A stretch of 64,000 nucleotides of DNA from Tubiluchus corallicola (Eukaryota; Animalia; Priapulida). The notes under the pieces were generated by a model. It was given only the letters and a program-made list of their open reading frames with translations. It made no database searches and was not told the DNA's origin. Each line of letters starts with the position of its first letter. Positions within the stretch are counted from its first letter, which is position 1. The stretch is from NCBI GenBank assembly GCA_030141605.1, contig JAQGDQ010000398.1:149415-213414 (forward strand), read 5' to 3'. Shown piece after piece: positions 24,567 through 37,936 of this stretch. Made by a program: the position numbers and the translations under genes.

Positions 24567-25340
24567 TTGGCTAGGAAAATGGATATGTCAGAAAACGTTA
24601 ATGAGCTAACCAGCCCAGCACCTCTCTCTAAACCACAGACAAAGACCAGGAAAAGTTGCCAAAAATGCAAAACCATACAACAGTCATTAAAGCTTCGAGC
24701 CTGTGGAGAAAAGCTTTGCGACAAGTGCTACAATAAACAGTACGGCAATACACTCATTAAACAGACTGTACAGGAAACAAATCAAAAATCGTCAAATCAC
24801 GAAGCAGATTTGGTCAACCACAGCATAATCGTTGATTATGAATTCCCAAACACTATTGGTGATCAGGACCATAAAAACTCTCCTAAAAACCAACCAGCGC
24901 TGATGTTTGTGAATCCCGATACATCAGATAACGAGTCAGAATCCGAATATGACACTCCGCCAGTAACAGAAAAGTTGTTTCTATTAACATGTATTAATCC
25001 GCAGCCACTACATTCTAACACGGAAAGTGAGTTTATGAAAGCCAACTCGCATGTGAATAACTTAGTTGATGGAAAACAAACAACGCTTCTCATTTCCAAC
25101 AGCCTTGATGATCTGCCCGAACATGACGATATTTTTCCAAAAACAGTCTGCATCGGAGACTGTGAAAATCTGAAATTAGGACAACGATTATTAACACTCC
25201 AATTTATAAATAAACAGAGTCAACGTCAAGTCACAAACCTAGAAGCACAGCTTAGAGCTTCTTACGCAGAACAAACAACACTGAATAAGGAAATTACCAG
25301 ACTGCATAGCCTCATGGAAACACAACAAAGTGAGACTTAA
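24567..25340 (+). pseudogene. LINE ORF1 (zinc-finger-like Cys cluster plus coiled coil), interrupted by a stop
   Basis: CQKC..CGEKLCDKC followed by a heptad-rich segment; lies upstream of the RT ORF. Confidence 0.7.
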
Positions 25341-25636
25341 ACATCAAGTGAGCTTGACCTAAGATTACTACAAGGAAAAATCGACAAACTGAGCTACTAT
25401 CTACAAAACGAATCGCCGCAAAGTGTATGGCAAAAAATAAATGAGACTGAAGAACGACTGAGTAGAAAAATAGAAAAGTTGTATAGCCTTATGACACAAC
25501 GGACGTGCGGAGATGAGCTTTTGATATTAAATGAAACAGAAGCAAGAATGAGTAAAGCAATTAAAGACGGTTACAGCTTTTCACAACAGACAAAAGAAAA
25601 AGCAGACAGACCAGCTTCTGAACTAATATAACCGTC

Positions 25637-28087
25637 TTGGACCAATATAACACGCAAATACTAAGCGCAAGTAATAAACACACAAGAATCACTAAAACAT
25701 CATCTACTACCATAGACCACTTTATCTCAAACGCTAAAGACAATTTCCAAGTACAAGAAAACTTCTCGTGTGATTATTCTGATCATAATTTTATAATAAT
25801 AGTAGACAAAAAAGAACCAGCCAAAAACAATACAGGCACAGTCTGGAAAACAGTCAGAGATTATTCTACATATAATAAAGATATATTTCAAGATACTTTA
25901 ACCAAATTGGACTGGAGTAATATTTACACAATGACTGACATTGACATGCAAATGAACACACTAATAAATAATATGGAATACTGCCTGGATATCTATGCAC
26001 CGTATAAAAAAATTAAAATACATCAGCAGCAATTTAATGCAAAATCAGCTTGCCTTTGGGCGGATACAGAACTCGCAAAACTAAGACACAATAAAAATGA
26101 ATTATATAGAACATATTTACACTTAAAAGGAAAAAGCAATTACAATAATTGCAAAAAGGCACGAAATAAATTTAATAGCTACAACGGGAAACTCAAAAAT
26201 AAATATTATATTAATAAATGCAATGATGCAACTACACCTAAGCAAAAAACCCGTTTAATTAATGACGTACTAAACAGATATAGAAACGATCAATTACAAA
26301 TAAACAGTTTACGAGAAAATGACAGTATAATATCTGATCCAGTTGACATTGCTAACAAATTAAATTCCACATTTATCAATCTCGGAAAATTTGACAACTT
26401 GCCACACCAACATAATGCAAATATACACAATATATACAAAAACCAATCAGTAATACAATCCACTTTCACATTTACTAGCGTCACAGAATACGACATCTTT
26501 AGAATATTAAATAGTTTAAATATAAATAAAGGAAGTGGACTCTCAGACATGCCAATAAAAATCTTAAAAGACTGTGCCAGCATCATTACTCCTCATCTAA
26601 CATATATCACAAACCAAGTCTTAATGCGCTCAGAATTTCCAGCCGTGTGTAAAGAAGCAAACATAACTCCAATACACAAGAAAGATGCTAAAGATGACGC
26701 TAAAAACTACAGACCAATCTCAGTAGTGCACGTACTAGCCAAAGTATTTGAAAGAGTTATCTACAACCAAATAAACCATTACATTGAAAATAATAAGTTA
26801 CTGTCAAATCATCAATTTGGTTTTAGAAAACTACATTCTACAATAGACGCGATAATTGATGCCACTGAAAAGTGGCGTTACAACTTAAATAAAAATAAAT
26901 ATATAACAGCAGCATTTTTAGATCTAAGTAAAGCTTTTGACAGCCTCGATCACAATTTACTACTAGACAACTTACGCCAACTAGGATTCGATTATACTTC
27001 TCTCAAACTAATTAATAATTACCTACACAATAGAAAACAAAGAGTCAAGTTGAGCAAACACACTTTTTCAACATGGGACACACCACAGAGAGGCATCCCA
27101 CAAGGTACGATATTAGATCCTTTATTCTTTTGTTTATACGTTAATAAAATTCATTTAGTTTTACATAATTCAGACTTAACACAATATGCCGATGATACAA
27201 CACTCTATACAGCACACGCAGACTTTCTAACATCAAAAAATAATCTAGAAAAAGACATAACAATTATAAATGCAGCATTTAACTATTTTGGTTTAAAAAT
27301 GAATGATGATAAGACAGAATTTATGGTAATATCACCCAAATCCAATGACATTACTTCTAATGCAACACTAAAAGTAGGTGACTGTTCCATAGAACAAGCA
27401 AAAACTGTAAAATTTTTAGGCATTACTGTCGACAATAAACTCACTTGGGATGAACAGTTTCATCAAATACACAACAAGATGGCATTAAGCACGACATTCT
27501 TGCGCCAAACCAGAGGCCATCTAACCAAGAAAACAAAAATTCTCATCTACAAAAGTCTAATATTACCACATTATCTATATGGTTGCACTTTACTTCAAAA
27601 CGTTAAATAAGAAAACTTTAGAAAACTAAATACAATGCAAAACTACGCACTTAGATTAATTCATGGCTACTCTAACAAAACTGCTAAACAACATGCTGCT
27701 TCTGCAACAAGCTTAAGAACGTCAACAAAAATACCAATATTAGAAGCCTATCGAGATTACAAAACACTGATATTTCTTTATAAATATATCAACAAACTGA
27801 GCATTCCATTTATAAACAATCCCTTAGCATTTATTCCTGATACCACTTTAAACACTAGAACATACAATTTAAAGCAAGTTACAGTAAACAATAAATTTGG
27901 AAATAACTCTATATCAAAACAGGCCATACATTTATGGAACTTACTTCCCAGTGAAATAAAGCAAATAGAATCTCTCCACCACTTTAAAAAGAAATTAAAA
28001 GAATATCAATATAACAGGTTTCAACTTCCACATTGTGCATCTGATACTAATTACACGGACTCCACTTTCATATACCCCCGCCCCTGA
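25637..28087 (+). pseudogene. LINE ORF2 (partial AP endonuclease plus reverse transcriptase) with one premature TAA at 27608-27610
   Basis: ORFs 25637..27610 and 27635..28087 are in the same frame; canonical RT motifs. Confidence 0.92.
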
Positions 28088-30599
28088 CTCTATATAACGA
28101 TTAAAAATGCAAATTTAAAAAATAAATTATGTAATGTAATAGGTGTTATGTTAGTTTCGTGTTTCGTAATGTTAAATGTATAAATAGTGTACACTATGTC
28201 ATGTAAAATTTAATGTACTTTCGTATCATTGTTTTGTAAAAATATTTTAATGTGGTGTTTGTAAATATGTTCATTTATTTTATATGGTTTTGCACTTTAG
28301 TTTTTTTTAGTTTGCACTGGACGCATTTGTCTTGAACAGTGTGGTTATTTTAACATTACGCTGAGGCTAACTCAATTTTATTATAATAAGTGAACCATTT
28401 TTATGACAAATAAAGAATTAATATTATATATATATATAATAACAGGGTGTGGGGGAACCAGCCTGATGATGGGGAATTGGGTGCCACCGTCATTGGAGGA
28501 GAGATTTTGAGGTGGGGTTGGGGTCTTTTGTTCGTATAAAAACTAAAATTTCCCCGCAATTGTAATTAGCCACCTTTCCCGTAAATTGGTGATGATGAAA
28601 AACTGTGGTAATTTTATTGTGGTAAAAAATCTTCACGAATTTTTTTCTCATAAAAAGGCTGCTTCCTGATAATGCAATCGCTTACATGGTTACTTTGGAA
28701 CGAGATACTTCTGAAGAGGGAGAATGAAATGTTTACATTTCTGCAAAGCGTTTGAAGCAGAATATTCATGATTTTTTAAATAGTATGTAAAAGTAGGTGG
28801 TGCATGAAGGGTTATGTTCTGCACATCAGAAAAGCAAAAAAAACATTGTAACCACTGGTCTAAGTGGTCTTGAAGAAAATGTGGTGGCTTTGCTGATCAG
28901 TTCCATGGGCCATGACACTTACACTGCATATGGACATTTACTCGTTTTACTCAACAATTTGCCAAAGATTGAAACTATCTGAAAAGCAATGTGAAAAGTT
29001 TAGCCAGTCAAATCTTTTTTGAAGAAATTGCAGTGTCACTGGATAAGAGTGAGTTTATGTATAACATTACGCTGGCTTCAATTGTACCAGCATACATTCT
29101 AGCACACATGCCACTTCTGATATCAGCATTACTATTTCCTCTTTCCAATCTGGCCTTCCCTATCTGAGTCACTTGTCATGTTACAATCTTTAGCTGATGA
29201 GCCTACCTCTGTAAAACTGTTTTTAAAATGAGATTATTTTTACTAAACCACCGCAGATGACGTGACTGTGAATAAATGTAAAAAGTTTTAAACATAAAGA
29301 AACACACTTATATGGTCGTTAGCATTGCTTATATTTTTTATATTCGCATCTGTTTTTGCCAATTGCTCAGTGCAGCATGAAAATTGTTTAAAAATATAGG
29401 AGAATTTAAAACATAGATGAAGCTTTGTATGATGAAAATATGTTGTAGTTATCACAACACTTTCTCATTGTTATTAAGATCTTTCAGATCAATGTGTTGT
29501 AATATTTACAGTCAGCTAACTATAGGCTATTCCGCAAATGCTTCTTTTTGCATTTTTGTTCAAATTGATTTTTTTAAATATTGATTTACTGAAGTAGGCA
29601 AACTTCAAAAGCCAAGGCTCCTTAGTCTCCCTTAAACCATTCATCATATAGCAAGTCTGTGTCTTTCCACAGATTCTTGCTACATTTGGCAGCATCTATC
29701 TAAAATTTAAAAGACTTCATGTGAGCAGACATCTTAAATGATGTGTAAGACGATGCAATTAAAGTTTTGATTTATAGCTGCATCAGAGAAAATTTGTAAA
29801 ATAATCTAATGTAAATTTAGATCAGTTTGCAAAATCCAAATTGAAATGCAAAAAACCAGTTCTCATTGGCTGTTCACGTTCAGGAAAAGTGGACAGGTTT
29901 ACAACTTTATACAACAGTTTTCTACAGAAATAGTTCTAAATGCAAAATGAGTCAGACAGCCTGAATGCACCATGACTATTTTGTGATGCCAGTGGTGCAG
30001 ACCACTAAGAGCTCATCTAATTAGGTAAATTATTTAAGAAATTATTAAAAATCTAAATTCTGTTCTAGGCCAAGTTGTATGAGACCGACTCATTATTTGA
30101 CTGACCCAAAGACGCTCATCATAAAAGCATAAATAGTTAAAACTGAAAGTTATCTCACAAGAGTATGAAGGTGTATCTGATGGTGATACTTAGAGTTTAT
30201 TTATGAAAACCAATGTAAAAATTGGTCCTTGAAATGCGATAACCAAAGTGGTTATGCTAGGTACGAGCACATGTCTTTAGGTTGTACTGAAGTATATCGC
30301 TAAGCAGCGGCCGACCAGCTAAGTGGCACATGACAATTGTTAGTAATGTAGTTTGTACTAGAGAGAAAAGAATTATTTAATAAATGTGAAAAAGAAAAAG
30401 TCAGGTAGGTCAGTAAGAACAGGACAGCTTTAAAAACAGTTTGGAGAAAGAGGGTCATGGGAGCAGGTTCACACATCATAGTTTTAGTTTTTTGAGAGGT
30501 GATTATATTTTCATTTTTGCAGGAGTGTAATTAGTAATTATAAAATAGTTTGTGTTAATGGAGAGAAATTTTGTATACGTATAGTTATAATATTTTGCA

Positions 30600-30878
30600 A
30601 GGAATATGTTATGAAAGGAGTAAGGAATACGAAACGACATATACAAATACAGGTTTTTGGAGAACATCAGAAAGATGGGCCCTAAAACCTGCTAAACCTC
30701 TAGGCAAACCAAAAACAACATGCAGAATTAATAAATTTACAGCATCTAAGACCAGAGTTAACAATAGCATCGCAGAAGTCGAGAACTTTAGTTGCAGACA
30801 GGGAATACTATTCTAATAAGAGCGTCTCGATATCTTCGACAGATGTTTACAGCAAGTTAGCGACAGAAGAAGAAGAAA
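30600..30878 (+). mobile_element. RTE-clade LINE 3' end fragment
   Basis: KPLGKPKTT and LVADR-like motifs followed by a (GAA)n tail at ~30866-30878. Confidence 0.55.
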
Positions 30879-31152
30879 CATGGATGGCCTGGAACACTGG
30901 GACAATGTATGGTCTAAATTTAGAAGAAATGCTATTATAATTATCATCGTGTCCGGTGTTAGTGTACGTCTGATCTGAGCTAAAAAGCAGAGAGTGAGAG
31001 AGAAAAAGAGAATAAAAAATAGAAAAAGAAAGAAAGAAAGAAACATACAAACAAACGAAAGTGGAATGAACGAATGTATGAAGGAATGAGTAAACAAGTG
31101 AGTGAGTGAGGAAGTCAGACTGGATAAATAAAGTAAAGAAGAAACGAATTAA

Positions 31153-33110
31153 CCCTTTCATACCCATTGTATCCTGTGGTATACGAGAATATTTTCTGCA
31201 TTCAAGATTAATAAAATTTTAAAACTGATAGTTATTTGATCTGTTAACAGTTATTTTGATTTAAGCCAATAACAATAGACTAAAAATAGTGATAAAATGG
31301 CAAACTAAAAAATCTACATAGCATCAAAAACTCCGCAAGGTACAGTACTTTAGAGACGACTTTGTACAGATCAGCATAGCATGCTTACTAAATGTCTCAA
31401 GTACTTACTATCTCAAGTTACTAAATTATCAGCAGTTACAAAATCAAGCACATTTTTTGCTTTAGTTGTGTTTTTAAAAAAGTCGGATTTTCTTTTTTTT
31501 GCACATGACAAAGAATGTTGTGTATCCCACAGGATACATTGGGAACAAACGGTTGTAATTCACTTTCATAATAATAGACACAGGAATGCAATGATCTGCA
31601 AAAACCTCTTTGCAAGTCCAGTAATTGGCTCTTTGTTTAGTAAAGTATGTTGATACTACTACATTACTGTGTAAACAATTCCACTCTTGAGTCCCTTTCC
31701 AATTTATTCATTATACTGCTTCACTACAAATCAGTATGTAGAAATTAACAAGGTATTTCAAGACACCATAAAGATCAGCTACACTAAAGACAGTAAGTTC
31801 TAGGTGGCAATTGTAAGGATATAAAGAAGGAATGATAGCGTATTATACCCTATGGTGAGTACAAACTTTTTTTTTATTTTTCATGTTTCTGTTTCACCTT
31901 ACATTTTCACTGTTCATAGGTTTCATCAATTCATGAATTTCTATGCACCAAGACTATTAAAGTAAATATATGTCGCTTTACTTTGCACTGTTCATTGCAA
32001 TAATATATGGGATTATTTTCTTGAATTCCATTTCAACATCAAAATTTTATGGAAAAGCCAGTGGATGTATGGACTCGGATGTTGTTGTAAGACATGGCAG
32101 AAGAGAATTAATTTTGTTACCGGATGCTGATGCGTCTGAACCTGAGAATGAATCTAATGATGATGACGGAGAAGGTGATTACTCACGAGTCTTCATGCTA
32201 GTTAGTGACTCAGAATTCGACAGCCATCAGCCAACAACATCAACTGCTGTACAGAACAAAGGCTCTGGTTTTAAATGGAAGGCACCCAAAAAATGTACCG
32301 CCTACTGCCATAGAATTCTCTCAGGGGACGTGGAGGACTACAGAGACAGCATCCAATCAGCTTCATGTTGGTGTAAATACCTTCCAGAAGGTGAAACGAT
32401 ATGACAGAAAGCAAGAACAAAAAGTTTTGTCCTGCAATTGTGAAAGAGTACAACATGCACATGGGGGCAGTAGATCTGTTTGACATGTTGATGAGATTCT
32501 ACAGAGTTGATCATAAGAGTACAAAGTGGTACAGAAGAATATTCTTTGGTGCCTTAGTGTTGTAAATGGTTGGCTACAATACCGTCGTCACTGTACACAT
32601 CTCATACTCCCAAAAAAATCACAAATGGATCTCATGGAATTTGCTTCAGAAGTGAGTACTTCTTTGCTTTCAAAAGACAAAAGGACCAAAATGAACTGTA
32701 AACGAGGCCGCCCACCATCTGCTGAAGAGTCAGACGAGGGTAATGTGCAACCTAAGACCTACAATATCCAAACACAATGCACAAACCTAGAAAGCCAGAA
32801 AGATCAGGTTGGACACTTTCCAAAAATGGCGAATAAAGAATTAAGGCAGAGATAAAGTGCTGCAGCAAGCTCAGCCAAACAAAGTGTATTAAATGCAACG
32901 TGTTCGTATGCTTGCAACAAGATCGTAATTGCTTCTTGAGATTCCACATGTAAATTCCATGTTGAGATTCCACATAAGTCAGAATTTTGTTAAATTGCAT
33001 TAAATCATGTATTAAATAAATTTCAGATTTCCAAATATACTGCATTTGCTTTTTATCATGCTTAGCAACCATTGATTTCAAATGTATCCCATGGGATACA
33101 GGTGTATATT
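31153..33110 (+). mobile_element. Degraded piggyBac transposon (PGBD3-like transposase remnant); right TIR not found
   Basis: TTAA|CCCTTTCATACCC left terminus; acidic N-terminus; CPAIVKEYNMHMGAVDLFDML..YR...KWYRRIFF, VVNGWLQYRR, KRGRP and Cys-rich CIKCNVFVCL...NCFLRFH; central catalytic region largely deleted. Confidence 0.9.
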
Positions 33111-33284
33111 TTGCACACGAGCACAGGTAGGAAAAAAGATGCAAAACAAGATGGACATACTGAACAAAAGTACCAAGCCAGTACCTTCATACAAATAACA
33201 TTTACGTTGAATTGTCATCCACCTGCTCCAAGCTTATTTATAACATTATTAATGTGCTTACTGAATGTTAATGAGTTATCTATG

Positions 33285-33992
33285 GCAATTATTTATGTTA
33301 CCAGATGGCAGCACAGTGCTGGGTCTGATGCGCTTAGTGTGCGCACACTAGTTGGATGCATTTAAGACCAGTATTCCACAAAAATTATGAAGCTTTGTTA
33401 CAGGGCAGCGCAAACTGTTTTTATATTATTTTCGTTGAGAGATGGCAGCACTATGCAGTGTGTGATGGGCTTAGTGTGCGCACAATAGTGAGATGCATTT
33501 AAAACCATTACTCCACCAAAAATATAAAGGTTTGTTACATGCAGTGTAAGCTGTTTTCATATTATTTTTGTTACCAGATGGCAGCACAGTGCTGGGTCTG
33601 ATGCGCTTACAGTGCGCACACTAGTTGGATGCATTTAAGACCAGTATTCTACAAAAATTATAAAAACTTTGTTACAAGGCAATGTAAACTATTTTTATAT
33701 TATTTTCGTTGAGAGATGGCAGCACCGTGCAGTGTCTGATGGATTTACTGTGCGCATAACAGTGGATGCATTTAAAACCATTACTCAAAAAAAATATAAA
33801 GGTTTGTTACATACAGTGTAAACTGTTTTCATATAATTTTTGTTACCAGATGGCAGCACCGTGCAGTGTCTGATGGATTTACTATGCGCATAACAGTGGA
33901 TGCATTTAAGACCAGTATTCCGCAAAAAATATAAAGCTTTGTGACAAGGCAGCGCAAACTGTTTTTATTTTAGTTGAGAGATGGCAGCACTG
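33285..33992. repeat. ~137-bp tandem repeat, 5 full units plus a partial sixth, alternating A/B variants
   Basis: agatggcagcac recurs near 33303, 33440, 33576, 33714, 33848 and 33979; ttaccAGATGG and gttgagAGATGG alternate. Confidence 0.95.
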
Positions 33993-34514
33993 TAGTCACA
34001 GAAACACTGTCAACAGCAACGTAGCTGTAGTTGTCCTACAATCAGTGTTGTCAAGCTCAGAGTTGTGTACCTGTGCTACAGCATGGCTTCTAATCTTCCA
34101 CAGTTTACTGTTGTAAAAGTTAAACTTTCCACAGCAAATGTCAGCATAATAGTTGAGTCAGGTTAATGATGTAATCACAGAGACACTGTCAACAGAGGTT
34201 AATAACACTGAATGCTTTATTGTAATATAATCAGTACATCAATGTCCCACATATCCCATAAAGTGGATTAATCTGACTGTTCGGACCACAGGTGACTAGC
34301 AGGTAACAAACTGAAAAACTGACCAAAACCAAAAGCTTTACATTTCCGCCACAGATGGCGCCTCGTGCACGAATTTGTAAGCAAGATTAACAAAAAAAGC
34401 TAAGTCTGCTACACCCGGCTCCTAATGAGAGTTTATAAAGTGGTCATTACAATAATCTGTTTTGTAAGTCACTGTACAATATTGCATGAACTCTGAACAG
34501 TAACACTTAGTATA

Positions 34515-37372
34515 TGTTTTTGCCAGTCTACCTTTTCGCTAGTATACCTGCAACGTGCCGAGAGCTATTTGGTTAAAAACAAAACAACTGCCACCACCAT
34601 TGTGACGTTTTGAGGCTTTATTGCATTCCTAATTTTTACATAATGATTAGGAAAATATGCTACATGTATTTAACGGGTTCCTCTGCTGTTTTTACGGCTA
34701 TTTGGTTAAAAGCAAAACAAGATGAAACATAAATTTTAAAGCTATAATTATTACAAAAGAAAAGAGTACAACAACAAGTCAACAATGAGAGCTCAAAATT
34801 ACTACTAGTGGCTTGCTGTGAAACCCACAAGGAAAGATGAGGATAGGAAAATGAATGCGCATAACTTATCTGAATGTTCATGACGATGTTGTGCACAACT
34901 TGACGATCCTCTCACAATGACAACGCTGACGCCGGCAACATGACGATCCTCCATGAGCCATAACAATGCAGATGGCGACAGCTAATCAACAGCTTCCAGC
35001 AACCCTACTGTAGTCTACAACACCAACGTACCAACAGCCGACAGGAATGGAATAACATCACACTACTGTGACTTGCCCAGCTCTTTAAACCATGTAACAG
35101 CAACGAGACTGAGTAAGACAGGCTATGCAACAGGAACACTGTCCTTTTGGCCAAAACAATACTTAGCTCAGTTCTCCATGGTAAAGAAGTTACATCACAG
35201 ATCGTGTACCAGCCTTTCCAAACAAATACGTTAACTACAGGTATGCTGGAACGTGCCCACTGGTCAGACCAACAACGAACGTCTGTACCAGTGAAAAGTA
35301 TCAACTCAACTGTTCAGAACAGGTATTGCTTTTTCTGCATAAGCAAACGAAGCACTCCAACAGGTAAGTACAAACCATTTTAAGTGACAGGGGTGAGAAG
35401 ATGACGAAATGAAAAAAACACATACAGTAATGTAAGCCAAGCAAGCAATTTACTATCAAAATTATCAACATGCACCTCACAGTACCTTTTCGCCAGTCTA
35501 CCTTTTTACCAGTCTATACTTTCGCCAGTCTACCTTTTTACCAGTCTGCACTTTCGCCAGTCTACCTTTTTACCAGTCTGCACTTTCGCCAGTCTCTCTG
35601 TTTCACAATTCTACATCTTCGCCAGTGTATCATGACTAACTCCTGAGTTACCATTGACCATCAACATGGTTTCATTTAAATGCCATGCAAACAGAAGATA
35701 TAAGTCCCCTCAGAGGCGTGTCATGTATCATTGTATTTCCCATGAAACGTAGAATCTGGTGGGCTGTGCCAAGTCGTTGGTCGAGTTTCGTTTAGCCAGA
35801 AAACGTCAATAAAAAGGATGTCCTGGTTGAAAATTTGACATCCAGGATCTACTGTTTTTTTTCTGGGATTTTTAGTTTCCGGGATCTTTTTTCTAAGAAC
35901 TCAAAAAGCACACGGGGCTACTTGACCAAATTTGGTGTGTTTGTAACTAGAACACCTTTATATGACGTTGTCGTTCTCATAACTTAATCATAATGACCAG
36001 TGATCATATGTTCTGATGGCCATTGACTTTGTCAATCCCATTCCGATTTTGGTCAAAGTAGAACTTTCTGTTCTTTCAGTTATTAAGAAAAACGTGAATC
36101 TCGGAAACTAAGCATCGTAGAACAACTGCAGACTCTGAATGGTCGTATGTTAAATGCTATGATGTTAATCCCTTGACACCAAAACTAGGGATTCATATGT
36201 TAGACTAAGATTTAACATGTTCCATTAGCATTTTTCCCTGGTCTTTGGTTAATCCCTAGCTGTTATTCCCTAAAGCTTTCTTAAGCGTTGCAGCTGGTTC
36301 TGATTGTCCAGACGGTGCGTGGGTTTAGCAAGGGTTAGGGTTTAGGTTACCGTGAAAATGGGTCTGGGGAAGTGATTGTGGAAGAGGTGCTGAACGTTAG
36401 GGGAGTTTATGGTTTAGTGTGTGGGTAGATAATTGATTGTACTACCACTAGTAAAGAGATAGTTGCGGACGGCTTCTTTTGGTAGCAATGACTCGTCAAA
36501 GTCATTCAGTTTTCCTACACCCTATGTATGGGGGGGGGCATGGTTCCCTATACCTTAATTATGAGATAAAAGGGTTTGGGAAACGGCCTCTACACATTAA
36601 TCGTAAGTATGTCCCAGCAGCGTACACAACATTGGATAGACGTTCGGTGGGACTATAGGCAGTGCCTGATATCTTCATAACCCGGCGAGTGAGTTACAGC
36701 AAAAATTAAGACCTCGAGGTCCTGCTGACATTTCTGTATAGCACATGGACAGTTCTATATTAGGTGTTAAGCACAAAATGGCTTCCTTCTTGAGTTATGG
36801 CTTCCCAAATTTGCAAATGTTAATTTTTTGTCATAAGTTTTAAGTATGATACCAAATTGAGTCTAGTAAAGTAGCGACCGTTTGCAGGTGGCAGCTGTGT
36901 GGCACATCAATGGATAAAGAATTGATCGAACAATCACCACTGAGCGCCATTTTGGTAGGTGGCGCTTCTTGTAGGAGTAAACGTGTTTTGGTGATTTTCT
37001 ACTGCTCAGGCATGTCTAAGTGTCACAACCCGAAATTACAACATAGGATGGCCCTCTACCCTAGCTTCAAGCACAACAAATTCGGCCAAGTAGCTTTGTC
37101 TATGGCATTCCTCTGTAGGACTTACGTCTTTATTTACAAACATTTAAATGAAACCATCGTATATACGTAATGGACAATGGTGACTTCTAGGTCAGTTAGG
37201 TGTTCAGTATTAGTCACGATACACTGGCAAAATGATAGGCTGCCGAGAAGATAGACAGGCGAAATGACAGACTGGCGAAAATATAGACTGGCGAAAAGAT
37301 GCACAGGCAAAAAGACAAACTGACAAAGTGATGCACTGACGAATTGTGCCTTGGCGAAACGACATTCAATCG
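34515..37372. mobile_element. Foldback/MULE-like element remnants with inverted 16-bp subrepeat arrays
   Basis: ttcgccagtc-type 16-bp units at ~34515-34545 and 35485-35630; reverse-complement gactggcgaa units at 37220-37372 ending ggcgaaacgacattcaatc; QRTNSRQEWNN near 35025-35057 resembles the MULE RTNNxxEGWNN motif. Confidence 0.45.
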
Positions 37373-37735
37373 TATTGCAGATAAGCCTAATGTTAAAATA
37401 CGGGGGACAATGTTAAAATACGGGGGACAATGACGTATTTGCACTCTGTACACTTATGTATTTGAGTAAAAATATCTGACACTTAAGCTAGTTAATTAAA
37501 CAATTTAATCATCGTCAAATTCAAAAGTGGTTTGCAACAAGTTTGTGGTAATAATGACAAAAATGGCAACACTAACTAAGTTAGTAATTGGGATTAGTGT
37601 GGTATGCATAAAGTTCTCCAAAGTGAACAGTTTGTAGCGATACTTTGTACATAATCACAGAGGCTGAATTCAACTGTGATACAACTGAGCAACTATTAGT
37701 ATTTACACAGCAAGGATGGACAGATCGAAAAAGGA

Positions 37736-37936
37736 TATAGAATAGAATAGAATAGAATAGAATAGAATAGAATAGAATAGAATAGAATAGAATAGAATAG
37801 AATAGAATAGAATAGAACAGAACAGAACAGAACAGAACAGAACAGAACAGAACAGAACAGAACAGAACAGAATAGAATAGAATAGAATAGAATAGAATAG
37901 AATAGAATAGAATAGAATAGAATAGAATAGAATAGA
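37736..37936. repeat. Pentanucleotide microsatellite (AATAG)n(AACAG)n(AATAG)n
   Basis: Direct inspection. Confidence 0.98.

Larger units (their letters stand above)
24500..28440 (+). mobile_element. Near full-length L2/Crack/CR1-group LINE with an internal deletion between ORF1 and the endonuclease domain
   Basis: ORF1 with Cys cluster (24567-25340); ORF2 with APE C-terminal TRIT..STTIDH..SDH, RT FLDLSKAFD, PQGTILDP, QYADDT; same-frame continuation to 28087 after a single TAA; T-rich 3' UTR ending aataaag..(TA)n. Confidence 0.93.

Noticed and set aside
28443-30300. Possible spliced DNA-transposon gene on the minus strand
   Set aside because: Splice-like sites and a CAGGG start are visible, but frames are full of stops and no motif could be recognised.
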